Of a stretch of DNA of 49,529 bases, positions 32,711 through 41,655 are shown piece by piece (the stretch's first letter is position 1; each line of letters starts with the position of its first letter). The stretch is from Coriobacteriia bacterium (GTDB taxonomy: Bacteria > Actinomycetota > Coriobacteriia > Anaerosomatales > PALSA-660). The stretch is from positions 1 through 49,529 of the forward strand of contig JANYLP010000056.1 in the NCBI GenBank assembly GCA_025361445.1. Direction: 5' to 3'. A program made the position numbers and the translations under genes. A model generated the notes under the pieces. The model worked only from the letters and a program-made list of their open reading frames with translations, did not search any database and was not told the DNA's origin.

Positions 32711-34882
32711 GTGGTTCCCAGTGTTGACGAGAGCGGGTCCGGCACGCCCGGGACGCCGCTCTTTCGCATGCGCCCATCGACGGTCCGCGTCTTGACATGG
32801 ATCGTTTTCGCGCTGGCGGTGACCGGCTTCCTTGGTATCTACGCCTTCGTCCAAGACGCACATCTTGTGCGCGTCGCTGAGGAATCGGCCATCTGTGCCG
32901 TGTTCGTGCTCGGTGCGGTCTGCTTGTTCGGCGCCTGGGTCCACACGCGTGACATGGAGCGCCGCTTCTGGGGTCTGGTCTTGGCCGGAATCGTTTCTCT
33001 GGGCGCCGCGCGGCTCTATGAGATCGCAACCGTCGCCGGCTTCGGCGCCGGCTGGTTCATCCCCGGCGATGTGCTCTCGGGGGCTTTCGAGATGGCGGCG
33101 GTCGTGTGCCTGCTCGTGATACTGACGTCCTTCTCCCGGTTCCGACATTCCTCGGCATCAGCGCAGGTGCGCTACATGGTGGATATCCTCGCCGTGTGTG
33201 TGGTCGCCGCGGGGGCGCTCGAGATCTGGGTCATCGGCCCGTGGTACGACGGTTTCGGACGCGTCAGCGGCTGGATCCGTCTGATCTACTCCGCCGCGCC
33301 TATCGTGGGCGCATTCGCTCTGGTGGGCATGACGGCGGCGGTATTGGGAACGCGTTCCTCGCGGTGGGAGTCGTGGGAGCGCCTTCTCGTGCTCGCGTTG
33401 GTGGCTCTTGCAGGCGGACTCGTTCTGGCGCCTGTGTCATACGCGGACGCCACATGGTCGGTGCTGGGCGGGTGGGCACACGGGCTGTCCGAATTGGCTT
33501 GGTTGTGCGCCGGGCTGCTCGTGATCGTGAGCGCGGTGTATCGCCATGTTGAGGAGCAGACGGAGTGGCGGGTGCGGCCCCTGGCAGTGCTCGAGCCCGC
33601 CTACGGTGTCGCTTCGTCGGTGATCCTCCCGACGATACAGATAGCGGCGCTCTTGCTCTTCGGGTTGTCGGCGGCTGACGCGCAGGATCCTGGGGCGCGA
33701 GCGGTGCGGCTCGGTATCGTGGGGCTGGTCGCTACGACGATCGCGACACGGACATTCCTCACGGTCGCAGACACACATGCGCTTGCGTCCGGAGTCGTGA
33801 CGGACACGCTGACGGGACTACACAATCGCCGGCACATGCTGACGTCGCTTGCGGATCAGATGGCCCTGGCCGTCCGTCATGGCGAGCCGGTCAGCGTCCT
33901 TGTTCTGGATGTGGACGACTTCGGGCGCACGAACGCCGTTGCCGGGCATGTCGCCGGAGACGCCGTCCTCTCCGAGGTAGCTCGCGCTATCGACCGTGGG
34001 GTCCGGACCCGAGACATCGTGAGCAGGGCGGGTGCCGACGAGTTCGTCGTCATCCTGCCGGGTGCCGATGCTGCGATCGCGGAGCAGGTCGCCCTTCGCG
34101 TGCTGGTTGAGATCGGCACCCTCAGCGTACCCGGTGTCGGTTCGCTGAGCGCATCTGCGGGTGTCGCGTCCCTTCCGGCCGATGACGGCGAGGATCTGCT
34201 CATCAGGGCACAGGCAGCTCTCAGGTCCGCCCGGGCGGGTGGGGTCGGTGCTCTGGCGATGTACGACCCGGAAATCGCGGAGTCACCGGATCCGGAGAGC
34301 CGCCTGCGCGAGTCCAACGAGCGTGCGGAGACTGCGACCGTGCGGGCGCTGGCGTCGGCGGTCGACGCCCGCGACGAGGCGACTCAGGATCACTCGAGGA
34401 ACGTTGCGCGATACGCCGCGATGCTGGCACGAGCGATCGGCCTGGAGGAGGGCACCGTTCTCCACATCGAGTACGCGGGTTTGCTGCACGACGTTGGAAA
34501 GATCGGGATCCCCGACGAGCTTCTGCACAAGGTCGGACGGTTCACGCAGGCCGAACAGGAGCTCATGCAATCACACGCCGTACTCGGGGAGGAGATCCTT
34601 CAGTCGATAGCGATGCGGGACATCCTTCCGTGGGTGCGCCATCATCACGAGCGTTGGGATGGCAGCGGCTACCCTGACGGTCTGGCCGGCGACGAGATTC
34701 CGCTCGGTGCTCGCATACTGGCCCTCGCCAACGCGTACGACTCGGTGCGTTCCGATCGGGCGCACCGCGGGGGCCTCTCTCGAAGCGCTGCCCTCCAGGA
34801 GATCGATCTGGGAATGGGTTCCGCGTTCGATCCGGTGCTCGGCGAACGGTTCCTCGACGTGATCGGGAGGACGTTTCTGTGA
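32711..34882 (+). CDS. Polytopic membrane protein with GGDEF-type (GADEF) and HD-GYP domains
   Basis: Start proposed at GTG 32711 (GAGGAG 4 nt upstream). Alternatives are ATG 32594 and ATG 32768. About 8-10 TM helices. Then LTGLHNRR...DVDDFGRTN...RTRD-IVSRA-GADEF, followed by HD-GYP motifs (DHSRNV, LHDVGKIGIPD, HHERWDGSGYPDGL). Confidence 0.88.
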   Translation: MVPSVDESGSGTPGTPLFRMRPSTVRVLTWIVFALAVTGFLGIYAFVQDAHLVRVAEESAICAVFVLGAVCLFGAWVHTRDMERRFWGLVLAGIVSLGAARLYEIATVAGFGAGWFIPGDVLSGAFEMAAVVCLLVILTSFSRFRHSSASAQVRYMVDILAVCVVAAGALEIWVIGPWYDGFGRVSGWIRLIYSAAPIVGAFALVGMTAAVLGTRSSRWESWERLLVLALVALAGGLVLAPVSYADATWSVLGGWAHGLSELAWLCAGLLVIVSAVYRHVEEQTEWRVRPLAVLEPAYGVASSVILPTIQIAALLLFGLSAADAQDPGARAVRLGIVGLVATTIATRTFLTVADTHALASGVVTDTLTGLHNRRHMLTSLADQMALAVRHGEPVSVLVLDVDDFGRTNAVAGHVAGDAVLSEVARAIDRGVRTRDIVSRAGADEFVVILPGADAAIAEQVALRVLVEIGTLSVPGVGSLSASAGVASLPADDGEDLLIRAQAALRSARAGGVGALAMYDPEIAESPDPESRLRESNERAETATVRALASAVDARDEATQDHSRNVARYAAMLARAIGLEEGTVLHIEYAGLLHDVGKIGIPDELLHKVGRFTQAEQELMQSHAVLGEEILQSIAMRDILPWVRHHHERWDGSGYPDGLAGDEIPLGARILALANAYDSVRSDRAHRGGLSRSAALQEIDLGMGSAFDPVLGERFLDVIGRTFL

Positions 34883-37065
34883 AACACCGCGAGGTTGACT
34901 CGACTGCGGTATCGCCGCACGTCAGCGACGCCGCTCCCGTACAGACGAACCCCGGCCTCGTTGTTCTTGCGGCAGTCGGTTTCCTTGCGCTGTGCATCCT
35001 GTATCTCGAGTCGGCGGCGATCCCCGGTAACTCGGGACTCGTCGTCGCGGACATGGCCTTTCTGGTACCCATCGCGTTGGGTCTGACGCTCTGCTTCGTG
35101 GCGTACCGTCGCTCGCACGGTGTGGAGGCTGCATTCTGGCTCACTGCAACGGCTCTCTACATCGTCCTGACCGTGAGTGAGTTGTACTACCTGTGGTGGC
35201 TCGTCGTCGAAGGCGGTCCGCCTCCTCCGATCTATGCGCCGTTCCAGATCCTGCACTCGGTGGCCGCTGCCAGCTTCCTGCTCGTTCTGGCGGCGATGAC
35301 ACGGTTGGCGGATGCCCCTGCGCCCGTACGTTTGCGTTGGCTCTTCGACGTGGGCGCGGTCGCGGCGATCGTGTACGTCCTGTGCCTCAAAGTGTTCGTC
35401 CAGCCGCTCTTCGCCGGTTTGTCGGGAGACCAGGCGGGCGCGGGTCTCGTCGCCGCCGTCTACCCGACGTGGGGCCTCCTGATGGGCGTCGGCGTGCTCT
35501 GGACCCTCATCCGACCCGGCTTCGGCCGTTGGCGAACGTGGGAGCGCCTGATCGCCGTTTCGATGGTGATCTACGCGGCCGGGATCATCATGTGGCCCAT
35601 GTGGTTCGTCGCGTTCCAACCGGGCGCGCCCGCGGAAGAACGCAGCATCCTTGACCTGATCCTTGTCCTCGGGCACTACCTGTTCGTGCTGGCTGCCGCG
35701 TACCGCGTCCTGCGTCCGTCGCAGGCGTGGCCTATGCGTCAGGTGGGACCGGTCCGGCGACTGCCCGGTTCCGGCGCGACCTTCATCGCGATCGGCATCG
35801 CGGTCATCGGACTGCCCGCGTTGGTGAGCTTGGCGGTGAGAGCCGAGGCAGGATCGCTCGACCGCACCGTGTTCGGCATCGCCGCGGGCGTCATCGCGGT
35901 GTTGGCGGTGGCGCGGACGATCGTATCGGCACTCGAGAACGGCCGGCTGTTCCGGGCCTCGACGATCGACGCACTCACCGGACTCCCCGGACACGGCTAC
36001 TTCCACGAGCGAATCGCGTCCGAGCTCAAGATGGCCGAGCGCTTCGGGGAGCCGCTGTCCGTCATCTGGATCGACGTCGATGACTTTGGCCGATTCAACC
36101 GGCTCGCGGGACATGATGCGGGGGACGAGGTCCTTCAGGGACTCGCGTCCGCGATCAGAGCGACGATCGCCTCGAACGACATCGCGTGCAGGGTCGGAGG
36201 CGACGAGTTCGGCATCGTGTCCCGGGGGTCGGACACGGCGGAGTCGGTGGCCATCGCAGAGAGGGTGCGCGGTGCGCTGCGAGCGGCCGTCGATGCCGGT
36301 TCGCCCGCTGCAACGGTTTCGGTCGGGATCGCGCGCTACCCGGAAGATGCCCGCAGCGCCGCGGAGCTCGTGAAGCTGGCGCGCGGGACGGCATACTGGG
36401 CCCGACTCCGCGGTGCCGATCGTGTTCTGGAGTACGAGGCCGAGACCGTTCTCGGCCTGGACCCGGAGGAGCGTATCCGCGCCATCGAACAACAGTCGCG
36501 CACGGGCACCGTACGTGCGCTGGCAACCGCCGCCGACGCGCGTCTCGCGAAGACCGGCAGTCAGTCGACCGCTGTCGCCGAGCTCGCCGTCGGCATCGGT
36601 CGTCGTCTTGGGCTCGATGCCGAGCGGATCGAACTGCTCGAGACCGCCGCACTCGTCCACGACGTCGGGATGATCGCGCTCGGCGATGACATCCTGGCCA
36701 AACCTGGTCCACTGACGGCCGAGGAGACGGAGCGGGTTCGCAGGCACCCGCAGCTCGGGGAGCGGATCCTCGGGTCAGCGGTTCCGGAGCGTGTGGGGAA
36801 GTGGGTGCTGCACCACCACGAGCGATGGGACGGCACCGGCTACCCCGATGGGCTCCGCGCTGCAGGGATCCCGCTCGAGTCACGGATCCTGGCCGTGTGC
36901 GACGCGTGGGCGGCGATCACGTCCGAGCGCCCATACCGCTTCGCTCGCACCGCACAGGAGGCAGCTGTCGAGTTGCGGGCATGTGCCGCCACCCAGTTCG
37001 ACCCGGCCATCGTGGAAGCGCTCTTCGGCGACGCGGAAACGGCCACCGAAGAGTCCGCTCGATGA
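34879..37065 (+). CDS. Polytopic membrane protein with GGDEF and HD-GYP domains (paralogue of the upstream gene)
   Basis: GTG 34879 overlaps the upstream TGA, with GGGAGG upstream. Similar TM region. Then LTGLPGHGYF...DVDDFGRFN...RVGGDEF, followed by HD-GYP motifs (VHDVGMIALGD, HHHERWDGTGYPDGL). Confidence 0.88.
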   Translation: MKHREVDSTAVSPHVSDAAPVQTNPGLVVLAAVGFLALCILYLESAAIPGNSGLVVADMAFLVPIALGLTLCFVAYRRSHGVEAAFWLTATALYIVLTVSELYYLWWLVVEGGPPPPIYAPFQILHSVAAASFLLVLAAMTRLADAPAPVRLRWLFDVGAVAAIVYVLCLKVFVQPLFAGLSGDQAGAGLVAAVYPTWGLLMGVGVLWTLIRPGFGRWRTWERLIAVSMVIYAAGIIMWPMWFVAFQPGAPAEERSILDLILVLGHYLFVLAAAYRVLRPSQAWPMRQVGPVRRLPGSGATFIAIGIAVIGLPALVSLAVRAEAGSLDRTVFGIAAGVIAVLAVARTIVSALENGRLFRASTIDALTGLPGHGYFHERIASELKMAERFGEPLSVIWIDVDDFGRFNRLAGHDAGDEVLQGLASAIRATIASNDIACRVGGDEFGIVSRGSDTAESVAIAERVRGALRAAVDAGSPAATVSVGIARYPEDARSAAELVKLARGTAYWARLRGADRVLEYEAETVLGLDPEERIRAIEQQSRTGTVRALATAADARLAKTGSQSTAVAELAVGIGRRLGLDAERIELLETAALVHDVGMIALGDDILAKPGPLTAEETERVRRHPQLGERILGSAVPERVGKWVLHHHERWDGTGYPDGLRAAGIPLESRILAVCDAWAAITSERPYRFARTAQEAAVELRACAATQFDPAIVEALFGDAETATEESAR

Positions 37066-37069
37066 CTCG

Positions 37070-37954
37070 TCAGGACTGCTGAGCGACGGCTTTCGTGATG
37101 TCCCGCGGACCGAGCGCCTGTCTCCAGAGCGGGCCTGTGAGCTGTGGAAGGCCGTCTGCGTACGTGGGACGGCCCTCTTCGCGGTAGATGACCCCGATCG
37201 GGACCCTGCACGCCTCGGGCGAACATGACATGTCCGAAAGCGACGACATCGTGAGCGCCATCGCGGCCTGACGGTCGGTCGCGTCCCAGCCGCTCTCCTC
37301 GAGCTTGTAGACGCGCTCCCTGAACCAGGCGTGGGTGTTGAGCTTGTTCCACGTCACGCAGGGCTGGAACACGTCGAGCACCGCGAAGCCACGGTGGCTG
37401 ATCGCTTCCTTCATGAGGCCGGTGAGGTGTTCCACATCGTCGGAGAAGCCGCGCGCGACGAACGTGGCGCCCTCTGCGATCGCGAGGCCGACCGTGTTGA
37501 CCGGCTGTTCGAGCACGCCGCCGGGCGTCGAGGGCGTGTGCACGCCCTGCGCGGTCGTAGGGGAGGCCTGGCCCGTCGTGAGCCCGTAGACCTGGTTGTC
37601 GTGCGTGATGGCGGTCATGTCGAGGTTGCGGCGGCAGCTGTGCGCGAAGTGCCCCAGTCCGATGCCGAATGCGTCGCCGTCGCCCATCTCGACCACAACG
37701 GTCAGTTCGGGGTTCGCGAGGTGGAGGCCGGTCGCTACGGGAAGCGCGCGCCCGTGGAGGGCGTGAAAGCCTTGAGTACGGGTGAAGTCGGCGCCGTTGC
37801 CGTGACAGCCGATCCCCCAGACGACGGCGAGCGCCTCTGTGGGGATGCCCAGTTCGGCGTAGGCGGTGCGCAGTGCCCGCCACATGCCGAAGTTGCCGCA
37901 GCCGGGGCACCAGGTCGGGACGTTCGGGGTCTCGAAGTCACTTGGCGTGGTCAT
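37070..37954 (-). CDS. korB: 2-oxoacid:ferredoxin oxidoreductase beta (TPP-binding) subunit
   Basis: WCPGCGNFG and the TPP motif GDGDAFGIG. GGAGGTGG Shine-Dalgarno sequence upstream. Confidence 0.92.
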   Translation of the reverse strand: MTTPSDFETPNVPTWCPGCGNFGMWRALRTAYAELGIPTEALAVVWGIGCHGNGADFTRTQGFHALHGRALPVATGLHLANPELTVVVEMGDGDAFGIGLGHFAHSCRRNLDMTAITHDNQVYGLTTGQASPTTAQGVHTPSTPGGVLEQPVNTVGLAIAEGATFVARGFSDDVEHLTGLMKEAISHRGFAVLDVFQPCVTWNKLNTHAWFRERVYKLEESGWDATDRQAAMALTMSSLSDMSCSPEACRVPIGVIYREEGRPTYADGLPQLTGPLWRQALGPRDITKAVAQQS

Positions 37955-39758
37955 CGGAGACCACCTCCTTCACCGTCTCGAAGACCTGTTCGGGAGAGAA
38001 CGGTCTGCCGTCGTAGCGGTTGATGCGCCAGTCGAACGTCCGCAGGCACTCCTGGCGGATCAGGCCCTCGAGCTGACCGGTGTAGTTGCCCTCGACCACC
38101 ATCGTGCGGGTCGACCTGTCCATGAAGGCCGCGACGGCATCGGCGGGGAAGGGCCAGAGCGTCACGATCTGCATGACGCAGGCCCGGATCCCCTCGGTCG
38201 CGAGCCACTCGACGGCCTCGAGCACCGGGCCCTTGGTCGAGCCGAAACACACGATCGAGATGTCCGCCCTCTCGGCGTCGCACCCGAAGCGGGCGGGTTG
38301 CGGGGCGAGCTTGCGTGCGAGCTCGAGCTTCCGCATGCGCTTCTCGTTCTGTGCGGTGCGGTTCGCGGGCTCTTCTCCCTGTGCACCCCAGCCGTACTCG
38401 TCGTGCTCATAGGAGTTGACGAGTTGCGACGCGCCCTTGACGCCGGGGAGGGCGCGTGTGCTGACACCGTCCTCAGTGACCTTATACCTGAGATAGAGGC
38501 CTGCATCGTCCAGTGCCTCGGGTCGGCTCGCTACGTCGCCCTCGGTCAGGAGCTTGCCGCGATCGATCGTCACCTTCGACAGATCGAAGGGCGGCAGCGA
38601 TTCGCGGTTATCCGAGAGGTAGCTGTCGCCGAGCAGTATCACGGGGGTCTGGAGCTGGTCGGCGAGGTTGAACGCCTTCCACGTCAGCTCGAACGCGTCC
38701 GCTCGGTCGCCGGGTGCCAGGATGACACGGGGGAACTCGCCCTGAGCGGCGTGGAGTACGAATCGAAGGTCGGACTGCTCGGTCCATGTGGGAAGGCCCG
38801 TCGCAGGGCCGGGGCGGGTGAAGACGCCGCACACGATGGCCGACTCGCTCACGCCGGCCAGTCCGAGGCCCTCCACCATCAGTGAGAAGCCGCCGCCTGC
38901 CGTGGCGCACATCGCCCGCGCGCCTCCGAAGGCGGCGCCGATCACCATGTTCATGGCGGCGATCTCGTCTTCGGTGTGCTTCACGACGACGCCGTATTCG
39001 CGGTCGTGCGACGCCATGAAGTGCAGTAACGACGACGCCGGCGTCATCGGGTATGCGCAGTACATCCCGACGCCCGCAGCCAGGGCACCCAGTCCGATCG
39101 CCTCGTTGCCGTCGACCAGGATCTGCGGGGGAGCGTCAGGCGTGGGTGCGAGGCGGACCGGGAAGGGACAACCGGCTGCGGCGCCGTACTCGTGGCCCTT
39201 GGCCGCGATGGTGACGTTGAGCTCGGCGACCTCGGGCGCTTTGTGCGCGAACTGAGCACGGAGCGAAGCGGTCAGGAACTCGAGAGGGTATCCGGTCAGG
39301 CCGAGTACCGCACCGAGCGCGGCGACGTTGCGCATGATGCGTTGGCCGCCCGCTGCGGCGACGATGTCATCGAGCGGGGCGGCGACGATGCAGAAGCGTG
39401 CAGGGTCCGCGAGCGAGGCCACAGAGGTCGTCTTCGGGTCGTAGACGATCGCGCCGCCATCAACGAGTCCTTGGGAGTGTCGCTCCACCGTCTCGGTGTT
39501 GAGCGCGACAAGCACGTCGAGCGGCGTGACGTGGCAATGGATCGGAGTTGGCGAGACGCGCACCTGGTAAGAGTTGTGGCCACCCCGGATCAGGGATGGG
39601 TACTCGGTCAGGTCGAACGTGTGCAGGCCGCCCTGTGCGAAGCAGCGCGCGAGGGTGCGGCCGGCGGCCTTGATGCCGAAACCGGCCTGCCCCCCGATCA
39701 TGATCTGCACGTCCGGTCTCGAGCTGCCCCGCGGGTCTGCCGGCATCAGCTTCTCCAT
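37938..39758 (-). CDS. korA: 2-oxoacid:ferredoxin oxidoreductase alpha subunit with fused N-terminal gamma domain
   Basis: Start proposed at ATG 39758 (MEKLMPAD...). Gamma-like IGGQAGFGIKAAGRTLA is followed by alpha-like VDGNEAIGLGALAAGV..YCAYPMTPAS. It overlaps korB by 17 nt. The 759-aa track ORF extends into the coaBC promoter and gene and is not credible. Confidence 0.9.
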   Translation of the reverse strand: MEKLMPADPRGSSRPDVQIMIGGQAGFGIKAAGRTLARCFAQGGLHTFDLTEYPSLIRGGHNSYQVRVSPTPIHCHVTPLDVLVALNTETVERHSQGLVDGGAIVYDPKTTSVASLADPARFCIVAAPLDDIVAAAGGQRIMRNVAALGAVLGLTGYPLEFLTASLRAQFAHKAPEVAELNVTIAAKGHEYGAAAGCPFPVRLAPTPDAPPQILVDGNEAIGLGALAAGVGMYCAYPMTPASSLLHFMASHDREYGVVVKHTEDEIAAMNMVIGAAFGGARAMCATAGGGFSLMVEGLGLAGVSESAIVCGVFTRPGPATGLPTWTEQSDLRFVLHAAQGEFPRVILAPGDRADAFELTWKAFNLADQLQTPVILLGDSYLSDNRESLPPFDLSKVTIDRGKLLTEGDVASRPEALDDAGLYLRYKVTEDGVSTRALPGVKGASQLVNSYEHDEYGWGAQGEEPANRTAQNEKRMRKLELARKLAPQPARFGCDAERADISIVCFGSTKGPVLEAVEWLATEGIRACVMQIVTLWPFPADAVAAFMDRSTRTMVVEGNYTGQLEGLIRQECLRTFDWRINRYDGRPFSPEQVFETVKEVVSDDHAK

Positions 39759-39833
39759 CGTCGACGCGACGTCGTGCTTCCTGCTCAGTCTATCTTCCCG
39801 GGTCGCGGTCGGCGCACGCGGTATCATGCCGGC

Positions 39834-41042
39834 ATGGAGAACAGCCCTCGCATACCCCTCGTCGTTCTCGGCGTGACCGGCGGCATCGGCGCCTACAAGG
39901 CGTGCGAGCTCGCCCGTGAGCTCATGCGTCGCGGCATGCGCGTCAAGACGGTCATGACTGACGCGGCGCAGAAGTTCGTGACCCCGCTCACCTTCCGTAC
40001 GCTGACCGGCGAGGACGTCGGGGTGTCTCTGTGGGACGATCCGACCAGGCACGTGCACCACATCTCGCTCGCCGCTGAGGCCGACGTGATCGTGATAGCC
40101 CCGTGTACGGCCAACGTCATCGCGAAGGTGGCCCACGGGCGCGCCGACGACCTGTTGACCACGACGGTACTGGCCACAGAAGCCCCTGTGGTGCTCGCTC
40201 CCGCCATGAACACCCACATGTGGCGTGATGACGCCACCGTGGCCAACGTGGCGGTTCTGCGCGATAGGGGCGTCCTTTTCGTCGAGCCGGGGTCGGGGGA
40301 GCTCGCCTGCGGGGATGTGGGAGAGGGCCGCTTGGCGGACGTGATCGCGATCGCGGACACGGTCGAGCGTGAGGTCGCGCGCACGAGGGCGCTGGCGGGC
40401 GTGCGCGTGGTCGTGACCGCGGGCCCCACCCGCGAGCCGCTCGACGCGGTCCGCTTCCTCGGGAATCGCTCGAGTGGGCGGCAGGGATACGCGATCGCGG
40501 AGGAAGCTACGCGGCGCGGCGCAACGGTCACACTCGTGAGCGGGCCGACGACGCTACCGGACCCCTTCGGCGTGACGACCATCCGTGTCGAGACCGCGGC
40601 GCAGATGCTCGCGGCCGTCGACGATGAGTACGGCGAGGCCGACGTCGTCATCGCCGCTGCGGCCGTTGCCGATTTCCGGCCGGCCTCGACGGTCGCCGGC
40701 AAGTTGAAGAAGGCGGAAGCGCCGGAGGAGCTCGCACTCGAGCGCACGGTGGATATCCTCGCGTCGCTCGGCGCGCGCAAGGATGGCCGCGTGCTCGTCG
40801 GTTTCGCAGCGGAAGCGGGCGACCCGGTCGACAGCGCGCGGGTCAAACTCGCGGCCAAGAACCTCGACCTGATCGTCGCCAACGACGTCACCGAGCCCGG
40901 CGCCGGTTTTGAAGTGCGCACCAATCGGGTGACGTTCGTGTCCGCGAACGGCGACGAGGAGCTACCCTGCATGGACAAGCGCGCGGTCGCGCGAGAGCTG
41001 CTCGACCGCATCGAGACGATCCTGAAAGGCGGAAGACGATGA
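39834..41042 (+). CDS. coaBC: Bifunctional phosphopantothenoylcysteine decarboxylase / phosphopantothenate--cysteine ligase
   Basis: ATG 39834. Motifs GVTGGIGAYK, PAMNTHMW, TAGPTREPLD.VRFL.N.SSG and AAAVADF. Confidence 0.93.
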   Translation: MENSPRIPLVVLGVTGGIGAYKACELARELMRRGMRVKTVMTDAAQKFVTPLTFRTLTGEDVGVSLWDDPTRHVHHISLAAEADVIVIAPCTANVIAKVAHGRADDLLTTTVLATEAPVVLAPAMNTHMWRDDATVANVAVLRDRGVLFVEPGSGELACGDVGEGRLADVIAIADTVEREVARTRALAGVRVVVTAGPTREPLDAVRFLGNRSSGRQGYAIAEEATRRGATVTLVSGPTTLPDPFGVTTIRVETAAQMLAAVDDEYGEADVVIAAAAVADFRPASTVAGKLKKAEAPEELALERTVDILASLGARKDGRVLVGFAAEAGDPVDSARVKLAAKNLDLIVANDVTEPGAGFEVRTNRVTFVSANGDEELPCMDKRAVARELLDRIETILKGGRR

Positions 41043-41389
41043 GTATCGAAGGATCTGCGAAGAAGTTGTCCGCCTACATCGGCGAGAACGATGAGTACAA
41101 CGGCAAGCCGCTCTATACCGCGCTCGTCGAGGCCGCCAGGACCGCGGGCTGCGGCGGGGCGACGGTCCTGCGTGGAGTGTCGGGCTTCGGAGCCACGAGC
41201 CGCATCCACGCCAGGCACAACCTCCGCATGAGCTCGGATCTGCCCGTCGTCGTTCAGGTCATCGACGTCGAGCACAAGATCATCGCGCTGGGAGAGGTCT
41301 TTCGGGCGATGGTGGGGGACGGGCTCATCACCATCGAGGACGTCCAAGTGATCCAGTATCGCGGCGGAGTGACCGGCGGTCCCTCGTAA
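41039..41389 (+). CDS. DUF190 (PII-like fold) protein
   Basis: KKLSAYIGENDEYNGKPLY.ALVEAAR.AG..GATVLRG..GFG.......................VVQVID matches the DUF190 pattern. ATGA overlap with coaBC. Confidence 0.8.
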   Translation: MSIEGSAKKLSAYIGENDEYNGKPLYTALVEAARTAGCGGATVLRGVSGFGATSRIHARHNLRMSSDLPVVVQVIDVEHKIIALGEVFRAMVGDGLITIEDVQVIQYRGGVTGGPS

Positions 41390-41493
41390 GGTTGCGGTGG
41401 GTCGCGGTTTCGCGCTTGCGGCGGGGTACGCGCACCTTGTAGGATTACGACCTGCCGCCGCCGGGCCACACAGGCCTGGCGAGGGCGACATTT

Positions 41494-41570
<77 letters not shown>

Positions 41571-41582
41571 TTAGAACGAACG

Positions 41583-41607
41583 CGGGGCACCTTCGGGTGT
41601 CCCGTTT
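41583..41607 (+). terminator. Intrinsic terminator after tRNA-Pro
   Basis: CGGGGCACC-ttcg-GGTGTCCCG (9 bp including one G-T, TTCG tetraloop), followed by TTT. Confidence 0.6.
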
Positions 41608-41655
41608 CGCTTACCTGCGGAAACGGCCAGAAGCTGCGCCCACGGGCAGGCCAGG

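Noticed and set aside
34669-36747. A 692-aa minus-strand ORF antisense to the second GGDEF/HD-GYP gene.
   Set aside because: The translation is Arg/Gly/Asp/Pro-rich low-complexity with no recognisable motif. The plus strand encodes a complete, motif-rich protein with Shine-Dalgarno sequence and coupling. This is a typical high-GC antisense frame artefact.
37938-40217. A 759-aa version of korA extending ~150 aa upstream, and the mirror-image 616-aa version of coaBC starting at 39192.
   Set aside because: The two extensions overlap each other on opposite strands and have junk composition. The conserved N-termini begin at 39758 (minus strand) and 39834 (plus strand), leaving a normal 75-nt divergent promoter region.
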